A stretch of 64,000 nt of DNA, taken from NCBI GenBank assembly GCA_963745075.1, contig CAVUWV010000031.1:128001-192000 (forward strand), given 5' to 3'. The stretch comes from Candidatus Hydrogenedentota bacterium. GTDB lineage: Bacteria > Hydrogenedentota > Hydrogenedentia > Hydrogenedentales > SLHB01. Under the pieces are notes generated by a model, which saw nothing but the letters and a program-made list of their open reading frames with translations, made no database searches and was not told where the DNA came from. Of the stretch, positions 9,252 through 20,012 are shown one piece after another. A program made the translations under genes and the position numbers. Positions within the stretch are counted from its first letter, which is position 1. Each line of letters starts with the position of its first letter.

Positions 9252-12050
9252 TCAAACTCGTTCACGGCGCACGGCATCTTTCCAGGCCGTCTGCTGCGCC
9301 AAGAGGGCCGTCGCCTTTTCCACATCCAAGGGCTTTGCGAAGTAGTACCCCTGACCGTAGTCACAGCCGCTCTCGCAAAGGGTGGCGAGATGCTCGGGGA
9401 GTTCGATCCCTTCTGCGATGACTTTCATGCGCAGGTTCTGCGCGAGCATGAGAATCGTTCGTACGATGAGGTGATCGTCGGCCGACTTGTGCATGTCTTT
9501 AACGAAAACCTGATCGATCTTGAGGTTATTGAGGGGAAACCGGTGCAAGTAGCTCAAGGAGGAATAGCCGGTCCCGAAGTCGTCGATGGAGAGTTGGATG
9601 TGCTGCGCCCGGAGTTTCATTAAGGTGGAGGACACCAGTTCCACGTTTTCCATGACGGCGCTTTCGGTGATCTCCAACTTCAGATGATTCGGATCGAGGC
9701 CGGTATCTTGCAGGATGGACTCCACCGAATCGAGGAGGTCCGGGCGCGCGAGTTCCTTGACCGACAGATTGACGCTTACGTTCAGTTCGGCCATATGCGG
9801 GAACTCCGTTTGCCATTGGCGCGTTTGCGCACATGCGGATCGGAAGATCATCTCCCCAATCTGGACGATCATCCCGGTTTCCTCGGCGATGGGAATGAAC
9901 TTCACGGGTGGCACAATCCCCCGTTCGGGATGTTGCCAGCGGGCCAGGGCTTCGAAGGAGTCGATCTTCCCGGTTTCCAGTGAAACGATGGGTTGGTAGA
10001 AGACGCAGAACTCGTTCCGGTCAATGGCCCGGCGCAGATCGTTCTCCAGTTCCAGGCGCTCGATGGCAAGGGAATGCATGTCGAGGTCGAAGATCTCGTA
10101 GCAGGCTTTTCCCCGGCCTTTCGCTCGATACATGGCGGTATCTGCGTTGCGGAGAAACTCTTCGGGCGACTCGTAGTCGACGCCACTCAACGCGATGCCG
10201 ATGGACACCGACGTAAACACTTCGTGGTCTTCGATCTGAAACGGTTTCTTGAGGAGGTGGAGGATTCGGTCCGCGACGCGAGACGCGTCTGCGATGTCCC
10301 GGATTCCATCGAGGAGAACGACGAACTCGTCCCCCCCGAATCGGGCGATGGTGCTTTCATAGCGGGCTACCGTATCGTTGGCGCGGAGGGCGCCGGCAAG
10401 GGCGTCGGAGAAGGCCTTCAGGAGCTTGTCGCCTACGACGTGTCCGAGTCCGTCGTTCACGACTTTGAACCGATCCAGGTCGAGGAATAGCACGGCGAAC
10501 ATGTAGCCGCGCGTACGGCGGGCATGCCGCATAGCCTGACCCAGGCGGTCCAGAAAGAGTGCGCGGTTCGGGAGGCCGGTTAACGCGTCGTGGAACGCCT
10601 GGTGGGCGAGTTGTTCTTCGACTCGTTTGCGGGGCGTGATATCGGATTGCGAACCGGCCATGCGGACCAGCGCGTCATTGGAATCGCGCACGGCCAATCC
10701 GCGGCACAACACCCACAGGTAGGTACCGTCCGCATGCCGAATGCGATATTCCGATTCGACGTGTTCGGTTTCGCCTTTGAGGTGTGCGTCGAACGTTGCC
10801 CGCACGTACGATTGGTCCTCGGTGTGGATCAGCGCGAACCAGTCGTTGGGGCTCGTCCCGATTTCGGTCTCCGCGTATCCCAACATGGATTTCCAACGCG
10901 GGGAAAAATAGACCGTGTCGTTCTTCAGATCCCAATCCCACAAACCGTCGTTGGCGCCGTTCACCGCCGCGGCGAATCGCTCTTCACTGCGCTGCAACGC
11001 ATCCTGGGACTCCCGCTGAAGTTTGCGGTCGATTTCCAGTTGGGCAACCATCTCATCAAACGAACCCGCCAGCGAACCGATCTCATCCCTCCGGGATAGA
11101 TTCAACCGTTCCGAGAGATCGTTCGTCGCGGCGATCGCGGCGGTATGACGCGTCATGCGGGTGAGTGGATTTGTGATCTCGCGGCGAAAGAACAGGACCA
11201 AGGCCACCAGCCCCAGCGCGGCCAAGGCCGCTTGGACAAGTAGGCCCGTTTGCATGATGTTGCGCGCCTGACTGAAGAACCCCCGTTCGAGATCGGCGTG
11301 CAGGAGCAACCCGGCATTTCCAGTGATATCTGGATAGACGGCATAGGCGCGGAAAAGTCCATCATTCAACGGATACGCTTTTACCGATTGGCCGTTCTTT
11401 CGGTAGTCTGCAATAAGGGTCTGCGCCTCTAAAGGCGCTGCGGCATCTCCGGCGACCCAAACCTGAAACGCCAATCCGGTCTGCCGGAACAAGTTCATCA
11501 TCAAACCACGGTTCAAACGTCTCCCGACCACCAGCACGGAATCACTTTCCGCGCCCCTGGCAACGAACTTGGCTGCCACGAGGAGCGGACCGTCGCTGGA
11601 GAGCACGACCCCCTTTTTCGGCGTATTCTGAGCAACGGTGGAAAGCACGCCCTCGACCCAACCCGTATCCGGCGGAGTCGGTCCCGTCGCGGCTTCCGTG
11701 CGCACGACCGACCAGAGCGGGGCTCCGTGAGAATCGCCCAAGAGCGCAAAATCCAGCGCGTCTCCCCCGGGAAGCGCGTCCAGCAAGCGGTTGGGATTCT
11801 CGGAAGTCGCTCCGTTGGCAAGCCTTTGGAGGAAACCGATCTGGTTGGCCCAGTCCGACGCCAACGTGTCTAACCCGGATGTCGTGCGGTTGAGGGCCTC
11901 GATGCACCGCATCATGTCTTTGACGGCGGCGTCTTTTTCAGCGAGATTGAGACGGCTGCCGAGGAGAGATTGCTGAAGAAAGTAACTGAATCCGACGACG
12001 AGGGAGATGGTAACGATTAAGATTGCTTCGACCTTGAGTCGCAGCGACAC
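9252..12050 (-). CDS. Membrane-bound CHASE4-like/HAMP/PAS/GGDEF/EAL c-di-GMP enzyme
   Basis: Two hydrophobic segments, HAMP (DEIGSLA), PAS (DGLWDWD), RFGGDEF, FEALARW and DDFGTGYSSL; start set at GTG 12050 with a GGAGG RBS. Confidence 0.9.
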   Translation of the reverse strand: MSLRLKVEAILIVTISLVVGFSYFLQQSLLGSRLNLAEKDAAVKDMMRCIEALNRTTSGLDTLASDWANQIGFLQRLANGATSENPNRLLDALPGGDALDFALLGDSHGAPLWSVVRTEAATGPTPPDTGWVEGVLSTVAQNTPKKGVVLSSDGPLLVAAKFVARGAESDSVLVVGRRLNRGLMMNLFRQTGLAFQVWVAGDAAAPLEAQTLIADYRKNGQSVKAYPLNDGLFRAYAVYPDITGNAGLLLHADLERGFFSQARNIMQTGLLVQAALAALGLVALVLFFRREITNPLTRMTRHTAAIAATNDLSERLNLSRRDEIGSLAGSFDEMVAQLEIDRKLQRESQDALQRSEERFAAAVNGANDGLWDWDLKNDTVYFSPRWKSMLGYAETEIGTSPNDWFALIHTEDQSYVRATFDAHLKGETEHVESEYRIRHADGTYLWVLCRGLAVRDSNDALVRMAGSQSDITPRKRVEEQLAHQAFHDALTGLPNRALFLDRLGQAMRHARRTRGYMFAVLFLDLDRFKVVNDGLGHVVGDKLLKAFSDALAGALRANDTVARYESTIARFGGDEFVVLLDGIRDIADASRVADRILHLLKKPFQIEDHEVFTSVSIGIALSGVDYESPEEFLRNADTAMYRAKGRGKACYEIFDLDMHSLAIERLELENDLRRAIDRNEFCVFYQPIVSLETGKIDSFEALARWQHPERGIVPPVKFIPIAEETGMIVQIGEMIFRSACAQTRQWQTEFPHMAELNVSVNLSVKELARPDLLDSVESILQDTGLDPNHLKLEITESAVMENVELVSSTLMKLRAQHIQLSIDDFGTGYSSLSYLHRFPLNNLKIDQVFVKDMHKSADDHLIVRTILMLAQNLRMKVIAEGIELPEHLATLCESGCDYGQGYYFAKPLDVEKATALLAQQTAWKDAVRRERV

Positions 12051-12289
12051 AGGTGCCTCCCGAATTCCCGCGCACCACTCAACGGCGACCGTCACAACGA
12101 ATCTGAATTCATTGCGGCTTTGGCGACCCCTGCCGGGATTCAGGATGGCATTTTTATGTTAGATTGTCAATAGTTTAGCTACTAGTATTAGCGTATCAAT
12201 GACCGGAGCTACCGAGATACCGATGCAGGGCGGGACGTGATTTGCGTTTTGCGCCGAACGCGTTTCTATGGTAGCATTCCGGCCTTGCC

Positions 12290-13972
12290 ATGATTCACGT
12301 TACGTGTACCCAATGCGGATTGACGATAGCAGTGCCTCCCACGGTTCAAGGACGTTGGGGGGTGTGTTTCGCATGCGGTGCGCGACTTCTGGTTCCCCAT
12401 ACGTCGGACGGCGAGCGGGAACTCGACCTGCAGTTTGAACCCGGACACCGAATCTCCGATCGGTATGTGATCGAAGCGCCCGTCGGAAAAGGCGGGATGG
12501 GGGTGGTGTACCGGGCCCACGATAGCCTCATGAACGAGCGGGTGGCGCTCAAATTCCTGGATCCACGTATCGTACACACGCAAAAGGGCGTCCGCTTGTT
12601 CATACAGGAGGCGCAGGTCGCCCGCCGGCTTCGACACGAAAACATCGTTGCGGTTCATGATGTGAGCGCAACGCCCGATGGCATCCTGTACATCTCGATG
12701 GAGTTCCTCCAGGGACAGTCGTTGCGGGCCTATCTCCGGGGTCATCGGAATCAACGCAAGCTGGTCAACGTACGACTCGCGGTAACCTTGACCGCCCAGG
12801 TTCTGGCGGCGCTCGATTACGCCCATCGGATTGTCATTCACCGGGACATGAAACCCGAGAACGTCATGCTACTGGCCGGCGAGCGCGTCAAGGTCCTCGA
12901 CTTCGGGCTGGCCAAGGTGGTCGATGAGGAATGCCTCTTCTCGGACAAAGGTCCGGACGGGAAGTCCACGCGGGTGGTGGGGACGGAAGCGTACGCGTCG
13001 CCCGAGCAACTCCGGCACAGCGAGGTGGATTCTCGCGCGGACCTTTACACGGTGGGTTTGCTGCTCCGGGAACTGTTGACACTTCGCACGCCGCTGGACG
13101 AGTTTGTGGAGGTGACCGCAGTCCGGGACGACGTTTCCCCGTCGTTGCTTGCGGTCTTGCAGAAAGCGGTTCAACTTCCGCGCGAAGACCGCTGGCAAAC
13201 GGCCGGAGAGTTCCGAACGCAACTGCTGAAATCATTCGAAGAGTCGTATCGATCCGTCTTGGAGCCCAACATCGAGGTCGAGCCCGGCCGCGAGGTGTCT
13301 ACCGAAGGGATGGTCTTTCTGGAGGGCGGCAGTTTCCTCATGGGGAACAAGAGCGTGCCGGACGAAGCGCCGGAGTTTGAGGCCACGGTCGAACCGTTCT
13401 TCATCGATGCGTATCCCGTGACGAACGCGCAGTATGAAGAGTTTCTGCGCGCGACCGGCCGGCCGTCACCCAAGCTTTGGGGCATTCCCGATTACCGCGG
13501 CGCCGATCAGCCAGTGATCGGGGTTACGTGGGAAGAAGCGGCGGCTTTTGCGATGTGGTCCGGGAAACAATTACCCACGGAAGCGCAGTGGGAATATGCG
13601 GCGCGGGGCAAGGAAAACCGGAAGTATCCGTGGGGCAACTATGAACCGGACGCGCACAAGGCCAATTACGGGGACTTCCTGAATATGCCGTCCATCGTTT
13701 CGATGCACGAAGAAGGGAAGACTCCGGATAACGTCTACGATTTAGCAGGGAACGTACACGAATGGACTGCGGACCTGTATCTTCCTTACGATGCAGTGCG
13801 CCGCGAGGCTGCGGCCCGTACGGGACCGCCCAAACGTGTCGTGCGGGGCGGCTCGTGGCACTCTCCGGCGTCGGAACTCCGATGCACCGCGCGCAAGGGA
13901 TTGTTTCCGGAAAGCGCGCAACCCACCGTGGGGTTTCGCTGCGTCGTACCGTTTCAAAGACCCGGGGGCTAA
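12290..13972 (+). CDS. Ser/Thr protein kinase with N-terminal Zn ribbon and C-terminal FGE-sulfatase (SUMF1-like) domain
   Basis: CTQC...CFAC, GKGGMG, HRDMKPEN, DFG; LPTEAQWEYAARG, DLAGNVHEW, RGGSW and GFRC. Confidence 0.9.
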   Translation: MIHVTCTQCGLTIAVPPTVQGRWGVCFACGARLLVPHTSDGERELDLQFEPGHRISDRYVIEAPVGKGGMGVVYRAHDSLMNERVALKFLDPRIVHTQKGVRLFIQEAQVARRLRHENIVAVHDVSATPDGILYISMEFLQGQSLRAYLRGHRNQRKLVNVRLAVTLTAQVLAALDYAHRIVIHRDMKPENVMLLAGERVKVLDFGLAKVVDEECLFSDKGPDGKSTRVVGTEAYASPEQLRHSEVDSRADLYTVGLLLRELLTLRTPLDEFVEVTAVRDDVSPSLLAVLQKAVQLPREDRWQTAGEFRTQLLKSFEESYRSVLEPNIEVEPGREVSTEGMVFLEGGSFLMGNKSVPDEAPEFEATVEPFFIDAYPVTNAQYEEFLRATGRPSPKLWGIPDYRGADQPVIGVTWEEAAAFAMWSGKQLPTEAQWEYAARGKENRKYPWGNYEPDAHKANYGDFLNMPSIVSMHEEGKTPDNVYDLAGNVHEWTADLYLPYDAVRREAAARTGPPKRVVRGGSWHSPASELRCTARKGLFPESAQPTVGFRCVVPFQRPGG

Positions 13973-14060
13973 TGGACCGAGGCGTCCGCACGGGCAATTG
14001 ACACGATGGGTGGTCGTGTGCTCGAATTTCACGGGCTGGAAGGAACACAGGAATTACCGT

Positions 14061-14714
14061 ATGAACAAACATGAGGCCATACGCTACTTGCTCGACAAAT
14101 GTATCGTGGCCGTCGTTCGCGCGGATTCGGGGGGAGACGATCTGGTCCGTGTAGTGGAGGCGGTGGCGGAGGGAGGCGTCCACTGTATCGAAGTCACGAT
14201 GACGACGCCGGGGGCCTTGCAGTGCATCGAGACGGCTTCCGCGACACTTGCCGGCGCGGATGTTCTGCTGGGTGTGGGCACCGTGCTCGATGCAGAAACG
14301 TGTCGAATGGCGATACTGGCCGGGGCCCAATATGTGGTCACGCCGACGCTTTCGGCGCCGGTCATTCAGATGGCCCGGCGCTACGGGAAACCGGTGGCGG
14401 CAGGCGCCTATACGCCCACGGAGATCCTGACCGCCTGGGAGCAGGGCTCGGATTTTGTGAAGGTTTTTCCGGCAAGTATCGGGGGTCCCGACTATATTAA
14501 AGCGATCAAAGGGCCGCTCCCCCAGATTCCATTGATCCCGACGGGTGGCGTAGAGGTAGATAACGTGGGTGCTTTTCTTAAGGCTGGGGCGTCCGCATTG
14601 GGGGTCGGCGGTAATCTGGTCGGCAAGAAACTGGTAGCCGCGCGGGATTTCGACGGCATTACGAAAAACGCGCGGGCGTTCGCGGAAGCGGTACACGCGG
14701 CACGGTCCGGCTAG
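14061..14714 (+). CDS. eda: KDPG/KHG aldolase
   Basis: IEVTMTTPGA, GVGTVLD, TPTEI, VKVFPA and PTGGV. Confidence 0.88.
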   Translation: MNKHEAIRYLLDKCIVAVVRADSGGDDLVRVVEAVAEGGVHCIEVTMTTPGALQCIETASATLAGADVLLGVGTVLDAETCRMAILAGAQYVVTPTLSAPVIQMARRYGKPVAAGAYTPTEILTAWEQGSDFVKVFPASIGGPDYIKAIKGPLPQIPLIPTGGVEVDNVGAFLKAGASALGVGGNLVGKKLVAARDFDGITKNARAFAEAVHAARSG

Positions 14715-14725
14715 CTGTCGGGTTC

Positions 14726-15670
14726 ATGAAACGACTATTGCAGGCGATCGGCCTTCGAAAACGAGACAAGGTCGCGCCGAATGCGTCGCAGCACGCCATC
14801 CAAGTCACGAGTACGGTCGACCGGCACAAACAGCCCTGCCTGTTTATCCCCTCCGATCGCGAAGGGGATCAAGCGCTCCTCGTCTACTTGCACCCGTGGC
14901 GCCACGGATACGATTTCGACTCGACCCCATGGCAACGCGAGGCAAAGGAACGGGGATGGCACTTTCTCGCACCCCATTTTCGCGGCCCGAACCGGCGGCC
15001 CCAGGCCTGCGCATCGCGGTTCGCCCGGCAGGATGTGCTGGACGCGGTTGATAGCATCTGTGCCGCGCATGCCGTGGATCGCGACCGCGTCTATGTGGGA
15101 GGGGTGTCCGGGGGCGGCCACATGGCGTTGGTGATGGCAGCGGAAGCGCCGGACCGATGGGCGGCCGTGTCGGCGTGGTGCCCGATCACTGACCTCGCCG
15201 CGTTCCACGCCGAATGTGTGGCGATGGAAGCGAAAGCGTACCGGCATGTGGAGAAGGTTGCCGGGGGCGCGCCGGGATCTTCTCCCAAGGTCGACCGTGA
15301 ACTTCAGTACCGTTCGCCGGTTTTTCACATGGCAAAGGCGGCGCGTGTCCCCGTGGAGATTGCGCACGGCATTCACGACGGCCAACCTCGCGGCATTGGG
15401 ATTCAGCACAGCGTATGGGCTTACAACGCCCTGGCTGAGTCATTGGGTGGACAGAAGGTAACGGACGGGGAACTCGAGGCCCTTCGGGGAAAGCGAATTC
15501 CGGAGACATCCGATCGGACAGATCCGACGGATGGGTCCGATCCGTCGTTTGGGCGCGGGATCTATTTCCGGAGAACGGTAGGTCAATCGCGCCTGACCAT
15601 CTTTGATGGCGGCCACGAGGACCTGCCCGCTGCGGCGTGCGCGTGGCTGGAGAATCACCGGCGCAGTTAA
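14726..15670 (+). CDS. Alpha/beta hydrolase (prolyl oligopeptidase-like)
   Basis: Nucleophile elbow GVSGG, HGIHD and C-terminal GGHE. Confidence 0.75.
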   Translation: MKRLLQAIGLRKRDKVAPNASQHAIQVTSTVDRHKQPCLFIPSDREGDQALLVYLHPWRHGYDFDSTPWQREAKERGWHFLAPHFRGPNRRPQACASRFARQDVLDAVDSICAAHAVDRDRVYVGGVSGGGHMALVMAAEAPDRWAAVSAWCPITDLAAFHAECVAMEAKAYRHVEKVAGGAPGSSPKVDRELQYRSPVFHMAKAARVPVEIAHGIHDGQPRGIGIQHSVWAYNALAESLGGQKVTDGELEALRGKRIPETSDRTDPTDGSDPSFGRGIYFRRTVGQSRLTIFDGGHEDLPAAACAWLENHRRS

Positions 15671-15683
15671 GCTTCTCATAATG

Positions 15684-15713
15684 AAAACGCCGGACGGTTT
15701 CCCGCCCGGCGTT
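15684..15713. terminator. Hairpin terminator between the hydrolase gene and rho
   Basis: AACGCCGG...CCGGCGTT stem with an A-run giving a U-tail on the minus strand. Confidence 0.55.
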
Positions 15714-15744
15714 CGTGACAGGGTCGCTCGATGTCCCGCCGAAA

Positions 15745-17196
15745 CTACATTTTCTGCATCATTGACAGGAAATCGGCGTTGGTCTTAGTCTTTCTCAACT
15801 TGTCGATGAGGAGTTCGGTGGCTTCCGTTACGCTGAGGGGACTGAGGACCTTGAGCAGCAGCCAGATGCGCTGCAGCTCGTCTTCGCCCACGAGCAATTC
15901 CTCTTTGCGGGTGCGGGATTTTTGCACGTCGAGCGCCGGGAACACGCGCTTCTCCATGAGGCGGCGATCCAGGTGAATCTCCATGTTGCCGGTGCCCTTG
16001 AATTCTTCGAAGATAACGTCGTCCATGCGGCTGCCGGTTTCAACCAGCGCCGTCGCGAGAATAGTCAGACTGCCGCCTTCTTCGATGTTGCGGGCGGCGC
16101 CGAAGAATCGCTTCGGACGTTGTAGCGCGTTGGCATCCACACCGCCGGAAAGGACCTTGCCGCTGGCGGGGACGATGACGTTGTACGCGCGCGCCAGGCG
16201 GGTAATGGAGTCCAGCAGAATGATCACGTCGCGCTTGTGTTCGACGAGACGCTTGGCTTTCTCGAGGACCATCTCGGCGACCTGTACGTGGCGCTCCGGC
16301 GGTTCATCGAAGGTTGATGCAATCACCTCGCCTTTGACGGAGCGCGACATGTCGGTGACTTCTTCGGGCCGTTCATCGATGAGCAACACGATGACGTGCG
16401 CTTCCGGATGGTTGATCCCGACGCTGTTGGCGATCTTCTGCAATAGCACCGTCTTACCCGTAAACGGCGCCGCCACGATGAGGCCACGCTGTCCCTTACC
16501 GATGGGAGAGATGAGGTCCATGATGCGCATGGCCACTTCTTTCTGTTCGGTTTCGAGGTTGAGGCGTTCGTTCGGGTGGAGGGGGGTCAGGTTGTCGAAG
16601 AGGATTCGTTCGCGGGCAACCTCGGGGCTTTCGTAATTGACGGCCTCGACCTTGAGCAGGGCGAAGTACCGCTCGCCTTCTTTGGGCGGCCGCACATGCC
16701 CTTGAATCGTGTCACCCGTGCGCAGGGCGAACTTGCGGATCTGGGACGGCGACACGTAGATGTCGTCGGGGCCCGGCAGGTACGAGTAGTCTCCCGAGCG
16801 CAGGAATCCGAACCCATCGGGCAGGATTTCGAGCGTGCCTTCACCGTAGAGCGATCCGGTCGCCTCGATACTCTGTTGCAGGATGCGGAAGATGAGGTCC
16901 TGCTTCTTGAGTCCGCTGTATCCGTCGACGTTGAGGTTGCGGGCCGTATCGGCCAGCTCGGTCATCGTCATGCGTTTGAGATCACCAATGGCGATTTCCG
17001 GTCCGTTGGCGTTGGCAATAGCGTTCTCGCTCTCCGGGTCGTTCGCCACGTCCACTACGGGATGAGATGGACGACGGTCGCGGCCATGGTCGCGGCCGCC
17101 TCGCGAGGGCCCTCGTCCGGGACCACCCGAGTTGGACCGTTTTGGTTTGCCGCGCGGCCTGGAGTGGGACTTGTCGTTTGCGGTTCTCTCTGCCAT
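15745..17196 (-). CDS. rho: Transcription termination factor Rho
   Basis: [40 protein letters not shown] and [11 protein letters not shown]. Confidence 0.98.
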   Translation of the reverse strand: MAERTANDKSHSRPRGKPKRSNSGGPGRGPSRGGRDHGRDRRPSHPVVDVANDPESENAIANANGPEIAIGDLKRMTMTELADTARNLNVDGYSGLKKQDLIFRILQQSIEATGSLYGEGTLEILPDGFGFLRSGDYSYLPGPDDIYVSPSQIRKFALRTGDTIQGHVRPPKEGERYFALLKVEAVNYESPEVARERILFDNLTPLHPNERLNLETEQKEVAMRIMDLISPIGKGQRGLIVAAPFTGKTVLLQKIANSVGINHPEAHVIVLLIDERPEEVTDMSRSVKGEVIASTFDEPPERHVQVAEMVLEKAKRLVEHKRDVIILLDSITRLARAYNVIVPASGKVLSGGVDANALQRPKRFFGAARNIEEGGSLTILATALVETGSRMDDVIFEEFKGTGNMEIHLDRRLMEKRVFPALDVQKSRTRKEELLVGEDELQRIWLLLKVLSPLSVTEATELLIDKLRKTKTNADFLSMMQKM

Positions 17197-17315
17197 TCAT
17201 CTTCCTTTCGTATCCCTGAGTTCGGGGGAGGCGCGGATGCGCCGGGCACTCGTGGCATACCTGTGTTGTATCGATTGCCATAAATTCGCCACCGCTTACG
17301 GTGCTGCGTGACGTT

Positions 17316-20012
17316 CTAGTGTATTTCCGCCCAGTTGTCTCCGATTCCAACGTCCACCTTCAGCGCGACGTCCAGTTCGACCGCTTCTTCCATGATGCGT
17401 TTCATTGTGGCGGCGGTTTCCTCGGCATTCGGCGCCGGCACTTCGACGACCAACTCGTCGTGAACCTGCAGGATCAACTGCGCATCCGTCCCCTTCAGCG
17501 CCGCATCCAGGCGAATCATGGCGAGCTTGATGATGTCCGCCGCGCTTCCCTGTACGGGGGTATTCGTGGCAATCCGCTCGGCGGCCTTTCGCATGCTGGC
17601 GTTGCGGGACGTCAATTCCGGGACGTACCGCCGCCGCTTCAGCAGCGTAGAAACGTAGCCGTCGTTCGCCGCCTGTTTCAACGTCGTATCAATCCAGGTA
17701 CGCACGCCCGGGTACTTCTGGAAATACTGATCGATAAACCGGGCGGCTTCAGCGTTCGAAATGCCCAGATTCCGGGACAGGCCGAAGGCGCTGATCCCGT
17801 AGATGACGCCGAAATTGACCGCTTTGGCCTGGCGGCGCATTTCGGAGGTGACCAACTCGGGCATGACACCGAACACCCGGGCCGCCGTTTCCTGATGGAT
17901 GTCGGCATCGTGTTCGAACGCTTCCTTGAGATGCGTGTCCCCCGAAAGATGGGCCAGAATACGCAATTCAATTTGAGAGTAATCAGCCGAAATCAGCTTC
18001 CGGTCCCGATTCCGCGGAACGAATCCTTGGCGGATGCGTTTCCCGATCTCGGTCCGTACCGGGATATTCTGCAGGTTGGGGTCGCTGCTGGATAAGCGCC
18101 CGGTTGCTGCGACGGCCTGATTGAACGATGTATGTATTCGCCCGGTACTGGGGTTCACCAGTTTGGGCAATGCTTCGATGTAGGTTCCTCGAAGTTTTTC
18201 GAGTACTCGATATTCCAACACCTTTTCCGGCAAGGGGTGCTCGTGGGCGAGCACCTCGAGCACTTCCATATCGGTGGAGTAGCCCGTTTTCGTTTTCCGG
18301 ATAGGCTTCAGCCCGAGCTTTCCGAACAGGATTTCCTGCAATTGCTTGGGCGAGTTTATTTGAAACGGCTCCCCTGCCGTTTCGTGAATATCGGCTTCCA
18401 GTGTTTTCAGACGCCCTTCGACTTCCTTCTGAAGGTCATCGAAGATGCGCAGGTTCACCCCGACGCCGGCCTGTTCCATACGGGCCAGCACTTGTATCAA
18501 AGGCCCTTCGACCTTGTCGAAGAGATCCGTCAAGCCTCGTTCGCGCAATAGCGGTTGAAACACCTCGGATAGGCGCCACGTGATATCCGCATCCTCGCAG
18601 GCATATTCACTCGCGCTCTCAACGGGAACGGTATCGAAGGTAACCGCTTTCGATCCCTTGCCGATCAGGTCGGATATGGGGATCATTTTGCGCTTGAGGT
18701 AGTGGAGACTGACTTCCTCCAGATTATGCCTCATCCGCCCGGCATCTGTCAAATACGAGGCTACCATCGTATCCAGCCCGATTCCGGTCAATGAAAGCCC
18801 CGCACGCCCCAGGACGATAAGGTCGTATTTGATATTGTGGCCGACCTTCGTGATTTCGGGGTCTTCGACCAGGGGCCGCAGGAGATCGAGGGCGGTCGAG
18901 CGGTCCAGCGGGGCGCCTTTTTGGGGCTTCGTGACGGACGCCATCGCCTCGTCCGTATGGCCGACGGGGATATAGTAGCCCTTACCCGCCGCACAACTCA
19001 GGGAGACGCCTACCAGTTCGGCGCGCATCGGGTCGGTCGAGGTGGTCTCGGTGTCGATGGCGAACGTTCCGGATTGGCGCATTTCCGCGATGGCCTTTTC
19101 GAGCGCTTCCCGTGTGAGTATGAGTTGATAGTCGGTGGTTTCGGTTTCCGCTGCGTCGGGCAGGTACTCTTCGAGCAGTGACTGGAATTCCAGGGCGTGA
19201 AATGCTTCGGCCAACTTTGACCGGTCTTCTTCGCCGCGGTGGCAATCCGCGATTGTCAGCGCCAAGTCCACGTCGGTTTTGATGGTGACCAGTTCGCGGC
19301 TCAGCATCGCGATAGCGCGGTCTTCTTCGAGTTTCTCGCGCTGTTTGCCCTTGAGTTCGTCGATGTGTTCGTAGATCCCTTCGAGGGAACCGTATTTTTC
19401 CAGAAGCGTTTTGGCGGTTTTCGGTCCGATGCCGCGCACGCCGGGGACGTTGTCGGCGGTGTCTCCCATCAGACCGAGCGCGTCGATGACGTGGGCCGGG
19501 TCGCAACCGAACCGTTCGCGAACTTCTTCGACGCCGTACCAAGCGCCACTCTCGCCCTTGCCAGGGTCATAAACCTTCACAGTGTCGTTGATGAGCTGGA
19601 GCATGTCCTTGTCGCCGGTGACCAATATGGTTTCGATGTTCTCCGATTCGGCGCGACGGGCCAAAGTCCCCATGATATCGTCCGCTTCGACCCCTGGTTG
19701 CGAGAAGATGGGGATGTTGAACGCTTTGACCAGTTCGTGGATGAGCGGGAATTGGGACGAGAGTTCTTCGGGCATGGCTTCGCGATTGGCCTTGTACTCG
19801 GGATACATGTCGTCGCGAAAGGTCTTCCCGGGGGCATCGAACACCACGGCAATATGACTGGGTTCGTGTTCGCGCAGGAGTTTGAGCAGGATTCGCGCGA
19901 AGCCGTAGACGGCGTTGGTCGGCTGGCCTTTGGAATTGGTCAGGTTGCGGATGGCGAAGAACGCGCGATACGCAAATGCGCTGGCGTCGATAAGAAACAA
20001 CCGGTCAGCCAT
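17316..20012 (-). CDS. polA: DNA polymerase I
   Basis: 5'-3' exonuclease (AYRAFFA, EADD), 3'-5' exonuclease (DTET) and polymerase motifs (TGRLSS, DYSQIELR, KAVNFG, QVHDEL). Confidence 0.98.
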   Translation of the reverse strand: MADRLFLIDASAFAYRAFFAIRNLTNSKGQPTNAVYGFARILLKLLREHEPSHIAVVFDAPGKTFRDDMYPEYKANREAMPEELSSQFPLIHELVKAFNIPIFSQPGVEADDIMGTLARRAESENIETILVTGDKDMLQLINDTVKVYDPGKGESGAWYGVEEVRERFGCDPAHVIDALGLMGDTADNVPGVRGIGPKTAKTLLEKYGSLEGIYEHIDELKGKQREKLEEDRAIAMLSRELVTIKTDVDLALTIADCHRGEEDRSKLAEAFHALEFQSLLEEYLPDAAETETTDYQLILTREALEKAIAEMRQSGTFAIDTETTSTDPMRAELVGVSLSCAAGKGYYIPVGHTDEAMASVTKPQKGAPLDRSTALDLLRPLVEDPEITKVGHNIKYDLIVLGRAGLSLTGIGLDTMVASYLTDAGRMRHNLEEVSLHYLKRKMIPISDLIGKGSKAVTFDTVPVESASEYACEDADITWRLSEVFQPLLRERGLTDLFDKVEGPLIQVLARMEQAGVGVNLRIFDDLQKEVEGRLKTLEADIHETAGEPFQINSPKQLQEILFGKLGLKPIRKTKTGYSTDMEVLEVLAHEHPLPEKVLEYRVLEKLRGTYIEALPKLVNPSTGRIHTSFNQAVAATGRLSSSDPNLQNIPVRTEIGKRIRQGFVPRNRDRKLISADYSQIELRILAHLSGDTHLKEAFEHDADIHQETAARVFGVMPELVTSEMRRQAKAVNFGVIYGISAFGLSRNLGISNAEAARFIDQYFQKYPGVRTWIDTTLKQAANDGYVSTLLKRRRYVPELTSRNASMRKAAERIATNTPVQGSAADIIKLAMIRLDAALKGTDAQLILQVHDELVVEVPAPNAEETAATMKRIMEEAVELDVALKVDVGIGDNWAEIH

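Noticed and set aside
17030..17196. Arg/Gly-rich N-terminal extension of Rho
   Set aside because: Such extensions are common in Rho from many phyla.
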